Assembly (NCBI GenBank): GCA_049515895.1 | Contig: JBEKTQ010000002.1 | Span: 1-64,000 of the forward strand | Reading direction: 5' to 3' | Length of the DNA stretch: 64,000 bases | Source of the DNA: Candidatus Bathyarchaeia archaeon | GTDB lineage: Archaea; Thermoproteota; Bathyarchaeia; Bathyarchaeales; Bathycorpusculaceae | In this document: positions 58,170 through 64,000 of the stretch, piece after piece | Layout: the number at the start of each line of letters is the position of its first letter | Position numbering within the stretch: position 1 is the first letter of the stretch | The notes under the pieces: generated by a model | Told to the model about the DNA's origin: nothing | The model's database searches: none | The model's input: the letters and a program-made list of their open reading frames with translations, nothing else | Position numbers and translations under genes: made by a program

Positions 58170-60293
58170 CTAGTCATTAACTCTCTTTGATTTAAATTTA
58201 GCCAACTTCAACAACGCCGAATTGCTGACTACCGTTAAGCTGCTTATTGCCATTGCTCCAGCCGCATACATTGGGTTAAGCAAGCCAGCGGCGGCAACTG
58301 GAATCATGATTGAGTTGTAGGCAAAAGCCCAGAATAGGTTAGTGTCGATTTTGCGCATGGTTTTCTTGCTGAGTTCAATTCCTAAGGCTACATCCCGCAA
58401 GTCATCCCTTACGAGTACTATGCCACCTGTCTCCTTCGCGATATCTGTTCCGCTGCCAATAGCGATTCCAATGTCAGCTGATGCCAGTGCTGGCGCGTCA
58501 TTTATTCCGTCGCCGACCATAGCCACCACTTTCCCCTCAGCTTGCAACCTTTTTATGACAACGGCTTTTTGCCACGGCAGAACGTTGGCAAAAACCTGTG
58601 TGATCCCCAACTGCTGAGCTACGGCCCGGGCCGTTCGCTCGTTATCTCCAGTTAGAATTGCGACCTCCAAATTCAGAGCTTTCAGCTGGTCCACTGCTTC
58701 GGCAGCACTCTCCTTCGGGGTATCCATAGCAGCAACTAATCCGACACTCTTTCCGTCAACCGCCAGTATCATAACAGTTTTTCCCTGTGTCTCCAACGAT
58801 GTCAAATCAGCTTCTGCTTCGCTGATTGGAACGCCCTTTTCCTGCATTAACTTGCGATTTCCAAGCAGGACCTTCCTGTTTCCGACACTGCACTGAACCC
58901 CCATGCCAGCTAATGCTTCGAAACTATCTGGCTGATTGATGGGCACGTTGTCGGACTCAGCTTTCTTAAGGATGGCTTCCGCCAAAGGATGCTCAGAACC
59001 TTTCTCAGCTGTTGCTGCATACTCAAGCACTGATCTCTCGCTGAATCCCTTGAAGGCTTTAATGTCGGTCACGGTTGGTTCACCCTTAGTCAAGGTGCCA
59101 GTCTTGTCGAAAACTACAGTCGTTAATTTTCTTGCTTTCTCAACATATTCTCCACTGCGGAGAAGAACGCCGTATTCGGCGCCTTTTCCGACACCTGCGA
59201 GAATGGCTGTCGGGGTCGCTATTCCTAGAGCACAGGGGCAAGAGATGAGAATCACAGCCAACAGAACTAGGAATGCTGTTGCAAAGTTGCCGCTTGTGAC
59301 AAACCAGTAGGTAAAAGAAAGGGTTGCTGCTGTCAAGATGATGGGAACAAACCATTTGACAATACGGTCAGCAAATCTTTGAACTGGTGCGCTTGAAGCC
59401 TGGGCTTCTTCAACAAGATGCACAATTTGTGAGAGGGCTGTCTGGTCGCCGACCCGTGTCGCTTTAATTGTCAGAAGCCCAGTTTTGTTGATAGTGGCGC
59501 CGACGACTTCGCTTCCGACGGTTTTTTCTACTGGAATGCTTTCGCCTGTGAGCAGTTTCTCATCAACTGCCGAGTACCCAGAAGTTACAAATCCGTCGAT
59601 CGGTATTTTTTCGCCTGGCTTAACAATTATTATATCGCCTACCTGCACCTGGTCAATTGACATGTCGGTTTCTTTGCCGTCCCTGACGACCCGTGCCATA
59701 GTTGGTTGAAGTTCGAGCAGTTTTCGTATTGAGGCGGCACTGCGTCTTCGAATTAATTCTTCGATGTATCTACCTAACAACACGAAGGCCAGGATGCCGA
59801 TTGCTACTTCCATGTAACCTGAGCCTGGCTGTGCGGCAGTGGGAAGGAAGAAGACATTTATTACTCCGTAAATCCAACCTGCGAGAACTCCGACAGTGAC
59901 CAATACATCCATGTTTATGTTGCGGTTTCGAAGCGACTGATACGCACCTTTGTAGATTCTGTAGCCAGCAATCCAAACAATAGGTGTTGACACAATGAAA
60001 ACAGCTATGTCGTAGACTCTTAATTCCCCGACTACGTCAAAATACATTATCGCTGTTATGAGACCGAACAGTGTAATCACTTTCAAGGCAAGGGCTGCCA
60101 CTGCGCCAGTTAATGTAAATGTAACTCGACGTTGCATTGCTTTTAGCTCGCGCTCTGGTGAAGTGTAGACGTCGAGACACTGTTGGCTACAGAAATAGTA
60201 GGTTCGGTCACCTATTTTGGCACTGAGAGCTGTTTCTGTGTCAACATCCATCCCGCAAACGGGATCTCGTACAGTTACCATAGATTTTCTCAC
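58170..60293 (-). CDS. copA: Cu(I)-type P1B ATPase with N-terminal YHS/TRASH domain
   Basis: [33 protein letters not shown]. Confidence 0.92.
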   Translation of the reverse strand: MRKSMVTVRDPVCGMDVDTETALSAKIGDRTYYFCSQQCLDVYTSPERELKAMQRRVTFTLTGAVAALALKVITLFGLITAIMYFDVVGELRVYDIAVFIVSTPIVWIAGYRIYKGAYQSLRNRNINMDVLVTVGVLAGWIYGVINVFFLPTAAQPGSGYMEVAIGILAFVLLGRYIEELIRRRSAASIRKLLELQPTMARVVRDGKETDMSIDQVQVGDIIIVKPGEKIPIDGFVTSGYSAVDEKLLTGESIPVEKTVGSEVVGATINKTGLLTIKATRVGDQTALSQIVHLVEEAQASSAPVQRFADRIVKWFVPIILTAATLSFTYWFVTSGNFATAFLVLLAVILISCPCALGIATPTAILAGVGKGAEYGVLLRSGEYVEKARKLTTVVFDKTGTLTKGEPTVTDIKAFKGFSERSVLEYAATAEKGSEHPLAEAILKKAESDNVPINQPDSFEALAGMGVQCSVGNRKVLLGNRKLMQEKGVPISEAEADLTSLETQGKTVMILAVDGKSVGLVAAMDTPKESAAEAVDQLKALNLEVAILTGDNERTARAVAQQLGITQVFANVLPWQKAVVIKRLQAEGKVVAMVGDGINDAPALASADIGIAIGSGTDIAKETGGIVLVRDDLRDVALGIELSKKTMRKIDTNLFWAFAYNSIMIPVAAAGLLNPMYAAGAMAISSLTVVSNSALLKLAKFKSKRVND

Positions 60294-60465
60294 TTAAGCT
60301 TAAGAATATTGGAAATTATGTCCATATAAATGTGTCTGAAAAAGATATATCTTTTAACCGTCAAAGCACGGGAAAAAGCAACAGCGATATTGCTTATTTT
60401 TGAAAATTAATCCTCTTTTCTTACCGCAGATGGTCTAAACAGCACGCTACCCGTTTGGCGAGTGC

Positions 60466-60768
60466 CTATTCAACCCGCTTAATTATGTGGTACCCGAACT
60501 GAGTCTTAACAGGTTCAGAAGTCTGCCCTTTCTCAAGAGCGAAAGCAGCCTTTTCAAACTCTTTAACCATCTTGCCCTTTGTGAAAGTGCCTAGGTCTCC
60601 GCCATTCTTTGCAGATGGGCATTGAGAGACATTTTTGGCTAACGCGCCGAATTTTTCGCCCTTATCGAGACGAGCTTTTATGTTTTTTGCTTCTGTCTCT
60701 GTCTTGACGAGTATGTGTGCACAGTGAATTTTGTCTACCATAACCGCATTACTCATTAGTTTTGACAT
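60466..60768 (-). CDS. ppiC: parvulin-type peptidyl-prolyl isomerase
   Basis: HILVK, F..LA...S.CPS...[22 protein letters not shown]; real start probably 60741 or 60756. Confidence 0.93.
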   Translation of the reverse strand: MSKLMSNAVMVDKIHCAHILVKTETEAKNIKARLDKGEKFGALAKNVSQCPSAKNGGDLGTFTKGKMVKEFEKAAFALEKGQTSEPVKTQFGYHIIKRVE

Positions 60769-60961
60769 ATAACTGTTACCCGCGCAAACTAACTAATTTG
60801 CCCTTAAGGACGTCGAAATTTTGGAGGTTAAATGCCAAAAGTAGACTTGGGAAATATGCATGAAGATGTTAAAACGCTCCGCGTCTTTTTCTATAGCACT
60901 TCGAAGTTCGAAGTTTGCGCCAACATAATTGTTATAACAAAAGCAACTAATATCAAGGGTC

Positions 60962-61072
60962 ATGGCAACCTCAATTCCCCTCAAAAACATAGAAGAAGAA
61001 CAAAAGACTGACGGCGCGATAGTGGAGCAGATTTCAAAAATCATTAGATTTCTATGGAACATTGAAGATTGA
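60962..61072 (+). CDS. possible 36-aa small protein
   Basis: MATSIPLKNIEEEQKTDGAIVEQISKIIRFLWNIED*; TTATAA about 25 nt upstream. Confidence 0.3.
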   Translation: MATSIPLKNIEEEQKTDGAIVEQISKIIRFLWNIED

Positions 61073-61214
61073 GCTTGCATAATAAATGAAAAGCAAATAT
61101 CAAAGTATATATGATTTTTACAAAGAAAAAATCAAGAATTAACTAAAAGAAGGGAATAATCTCTCATTTTCCGTTGCTGAGAGATATGCGCGTTATTAAT
61201 CTTAAGCCTCAGGT

Positions 61215-61394
61215 TTACTCGATTACTTGAATTGCGCCTTCAGGACACTGGGCTTCGCATGCTCTGCAAACCAAGCACTCGCTGACTTTTGTTGGTGTAG
61301 ATTTGCCGTCTTTGATTTCGTAGACGCCCACAGGGCAAGTGTTTACGCATGTTTCGCATCCGGTGCATTTGGGGTCAACAACTATTTTTACCAT
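61215..61394 (-). CDS. 59-aa 2[4Fe-4S] ferredoxin (missed by ORF track)
   Basis: MVKIVVDPKCTGCETCVNTCP...ECLVCRACEAQCPEGAIQVIE; GAGGT SD upstream. Confidence 0.95.
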   Translation of the reverse strand: MVKIVVDPKCTGCETCVNTCPVGVYEIKDGKSTPTKVSECLVCRACEAQCPEGAIQVIE

Positions 61395-61454
61395 TTTTGT
61401 TTACCTCTGATTTTCTTGAAAAGCTAGTGAGTAAAATAAAAGGTTTTAGGTGTT

Positions 61455-63287
61455 TTAACGTGCTTTTTCACGTAACCTGAGCAGGATTCCGTTCAAAGTT
61501 GATTCAGCCTTGTCTCTGTGTTTCTGGTAGTCCCCGATATCTTTCTTGTAAGCTTCTATTGAGATTTCGCCCTTGCTCTGCTGGTCTTCCAAGGTCTTGA
61601 TGTCTTCTTCAGCTTCAGATAGGTCTTCTTCGGCAGAGTCAAGTTGCTTGATTAGGTCTGAATAAACGCCGCCTGAGTTTCTAAGGATTTCCTTTGTTCT
61701 GGCAGTATTTCGCGAAATTGTTTCTAGACGAGTCTCTATGGCGCCTCGTTGAACCTTGTATTGGCGTCTGGGAATCTTTCCTTTCTGCGCCTTTGTGTCC
61801 AAGGACCTGATTTCAGCGTGTAACCGTTTCCTATCTTCATAAGACTCAGTGAACTCTCTCACCATCGCTCCAGTAAGACGTTGACCAGAAGCAGCGGTCA
61901 CAGTTCTCGGTTCTGCGCTTGTCGTTTGTGGAGCGGTCGATGCGTCAGCAGTGGGTCTTGGAGTTGATGCCTTCACTTTTCTGAAGGCGGCTGATTGTTT
62001 CTCGCTTGGTTTACGTTTCTGGTATACAACGGCTCCGATGCATCCAATAACGGCAACAAATGAAAGCCAGAAAGTTGGCATGAAAGAGACCCAAATCGGA
62101 TTGTAAGTATAGGAGAATTGAATTGTGTTACTTCGCGGCAGAATGTAGTTGAGGTAGCTTATTCCGTTTCCAGTTAATGTAAGAGTGTCTTGGAATGCAG
62201 TTCTTGTCAAAGTGCTGGACACGTCAATTGTCGATAACTGCGGAGTTATGATTTTTGCGCCTTCAGGCGGGTTAAGCGTGAAGCTTGCCTGAGCAACATA
62301 ATAGTTGAGGTACGGGAAAAGCTCGAAGTTACTTAGGGTGTACTGGGACCCTTTGATGGTTGCGCTCGGCAAATTGTAGCTGGCCGTCAACGTGGAAGAC
62401 TGCCCATTTGCAACGAGCGTTATCAAGGTGGCATTCTCCTGTAAAGCTTTGTTAACTACTGTACTACTTGCAATCGAAAGCGCAGCTCCGGATTGATCTC
62501 GTATCGCGACGTTTTGGGCCATAACTGGTACATCCAATAGAAAAGATTGCATTGAAAGGGTCGAATTGTCTACGATCCTGTATGTATCTGAAGCAGAAAC
62601 TTTGCCCGTTGGGTCAACGGTTATTTGGCGGTTCAGGTTGCTTATGTCTGTTTTCTGTATGGTTTCGTTGGCTACTTGAATAGACGCCGAACCAGTGGAA
62701 AAAGTGTAAGCTGGCAGATTTTGTGTGACGTAGTTTTCTGTATTTACAGTTCCATCAGTTTTGGAGATAGCGATAAATTTAGGAGTGCTGGGGAGAATAA
62801 GAGTTACATTGCAGGTGCCGACGTTTTCTGTAAGACCTGGATAAGCTGGATAATTAAGCGTGTACGTGCCTGTGTCATGTTGAGCAAGAACGCTGCTTGA
62901 CAGAACAAATGCTACAGTGAAGACGCTGGGTGTTTGTCCGTTAAAGTTTACTTCTGCACCGTAAAATCCGCTCTGGTCACCTAACTGGACGCCCAAGTTT
63001 ACTTGATAAACATTGTTTGAATCCCATGCTACAGCGTTTAGGATGTCGGCACTATATTGAGCTGGTAAACCTATCGTGAAGCCGCTTGTTATTTGTCCCG
63101 AAACAGAAATAGTGTCTTGAATGACTACTTGCCCACTGTACAAGACTTGAATTTGATGGTTAACCTGCGTGATGGTGTAGCCTGAAGTTTGGGCAAAAAC
63201 CGTTCCAGACAAAGCGACCGGCAGGAAAACTAGTAATAAGGAAACCATAATCATCAATACTGCATTCATTCGTTTCAATGAATTCAC
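61455..63287 (-). CDS. ribophorin I (OST1/RPN1)-like membrane protein
   Basis: Signal peptide, internally repeated beta-rich luminal halves (NHQIQV..G.V.I.DT / NRQITV..G.V...DT), PEGA, F.YTYNP, one TM, coiled-coil cytoplasmic tail. Confidence 0.55.
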   Translation of the reverse strand: MNSLKRMNAVLMIMVSLLLVFLPVALSGTVFAQTSGYTITQVNHQIQVLYSGQVVIQDTISVSGQITSGFTIGLPAQYSADILNAVAWDSNNVYQVNLGVQLGDQSGFYGAEVNFNGQTPSVFTVAFVLSSSVLAQHDTGTYTLNYPAYPGLTENVGTCNVTLILPSTPKFIAISKTDGTVNTENYVTQNLPAYTFSTGSASIQVANETIQKTDISNLNRQITVDPTGKVSASDTYRIVDNSTLSMQSFLLDVPVMAQNVAIRDQSGAALSIASSTVVNKALQENATLITLVANGQSSTLTASYNLPSATIKGSQYTLSNFELFPYLNYYVAQASFTLNPPEGAKIITPQLSTIDVSSTLTRTAFQDTLTLTGNGISYLNYILPRSNTIQFSYTYNPIWVSFMPTFWLSFVAVIGCIGAVVYQKRKPSEKQSAAFRKVKASTPRPTADASTAPQTTSAEPRTVTAASGQRLTGAMVREFTESYEDRKRLHAEIRSLDTKAQKGKIPRRQYKVQRGAIETRLETISRNTARTKEILRNSGGVYSDLIKQLDSAEEDLSEAEEDIKTLEDQQSKGEISIEAYKKDIGDYQKHRDKAESTLNGILLRLREKAR

Positions 63288-63411
63288 CCAAGTGGAAGTT
63301 TGTTTAATGTTGTTCCCGCCTATTTATTTACTTTACAGTAAAGCAGGTTATATTTAGAACTTGACCTAAAAAAACAGAAAAGCAATCCTTTGAATCGGCA
63401 ATAGCTTCCGC

Positions 63412-63657
63412 CTAAATCTTTTTGACCGCTTGAAGCGCTTTTTCAGCTGTGGTGGCACAGAAAAGCAAGTCGTCGACGGTTGCAGTGAATGTGGCGAGTT
63501 TGCTTGCACATTGAATCACCGTCACTACACTATTCTGTTCCAACGTAGTTTTCACTGTTAGTTTAGGCGGCGTTTTAAAATTGTCTGGCGAAATTGCGTT
63601 GGCAACCGCTTTTGCAAGCTTCTTGTCAGCGTACTCAAGTGTTATTGTTGCTTCCAA
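63412..63657 (-). CDS. pcc1: KEOPS complex subunit Pcc1
   Basis: 81 aa, A.AVA.AISPDN..ATVDDLL; typical position after a DHH gene. Confidence 0.8.
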   Translation of the reverse strand: MEATITLEYADKKLAKAVANAISPDNFKTPPKLTVKTTLEQNSVVTVIQCASKLATFTATVDDLLFCATTAEKALQAVKKI

Positions 63658-64000
63658 TCTTTTCTCCCTTCAACTGTTTGCCAACCAGTTCATCAATGGC
63701 GTTAACGAATCCGTCAATCTCAATCAGCGGCACTTGGGCTCCAGCAGCGATGTTGTGTCCTCCGCCTTTGCCTCCGTGTGCTTCTGAAGCTAGCCGCATG
63801 ACTTCCCCGAGGTTTACGCCTTTTCGAATCGCCGCCTCGGTTGTTCTGCCTGAAAACTTAGCTGCTTGCTCTTCTTTAACGTTTGCGAATGCTATGAGGG
63901 GCTTTTCGTTATTGGCGAGTCCCGAAACAATAATTGATGAAACGGTTCCTATGATTTTTTCGTTTATGAAGTTTTCGCCATAAATTACATAGATGTTCTG
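63635..64000 (-). CDS. C-terminal DHHA1 part of a DHH-family (RecJ-like) phosphoesterase
   Basis: Hand translation ...KIIGTVSSI...KFSGR...GGKGGGHNIAAGAQVP... to TGA at 63635. Confidence 0.88.
   Translation of the reverse strand, partial: QNIYVIYGENFINEKIIGTVSSIIVSGLANNEKPLIAFANVKEEQAAKFSGRTTEAAIRKGVNLGEVMRLASEAHGGKGGGHNIAAGAQVPLIEIDGFVNAIDELVGKQLKGEKIGSNNNT

Noticed and set aside
61227-61427. ORF-track 66-aa plus-strand ORF
   Set aside because: Antisense shadow of the clear minus-strand ferredoxin 61215-61394
63594-63983. ORF-track 129-aa plus-strand ORF
   Set aside because: Antisense to pcc1 and the DHH C-terminus

Overview
Archaeal chromosomal window, most consistent with Candidatus Bathyarchaeia. 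This is inferred from paired ~900-aa PQQ-like beta-propeller surface proteins, double-length Lrp/AsnC regulators, DUF5752 fusions, a ribophorin-I-like gene and GGAGGTGA Shine-Dalgarno sites. Layout: (1) 1-7.4 kb: VapBC-type TA pair, FMN reductase, EndoQ and TldD/PmbA. (2) 7.6-19.6 kb: alpha-glucan locus (three GT4, GH57, DUF5752) interleaved with hypA/ATPase-type hypB, an archaeal-type pgk and a bacterial-type class I gap. (3) tRNA-Arg(CCG) followed by a ~22-kb accessory-looking region with surface proteins plus Lrp regulators, an unannotated three-gene operon led by a SelO-like kinase-fold protein, a beta-propeller/GT39 fusion, a B12 radical SAM enzyme, a KGG stress-peptide array and several gene remnants. 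(4) 42.5-60.3 kb: a dense oxidative/redox/copper stress cluster. (5) Parvulin, a small ferredoxin, ribophorin-I-like gene, pcc1 and the end of a DHH gene. No CRISPR array, rRNA, integrase or transposase was seen. All family assignments come from motif recognition by eye, not database searches.
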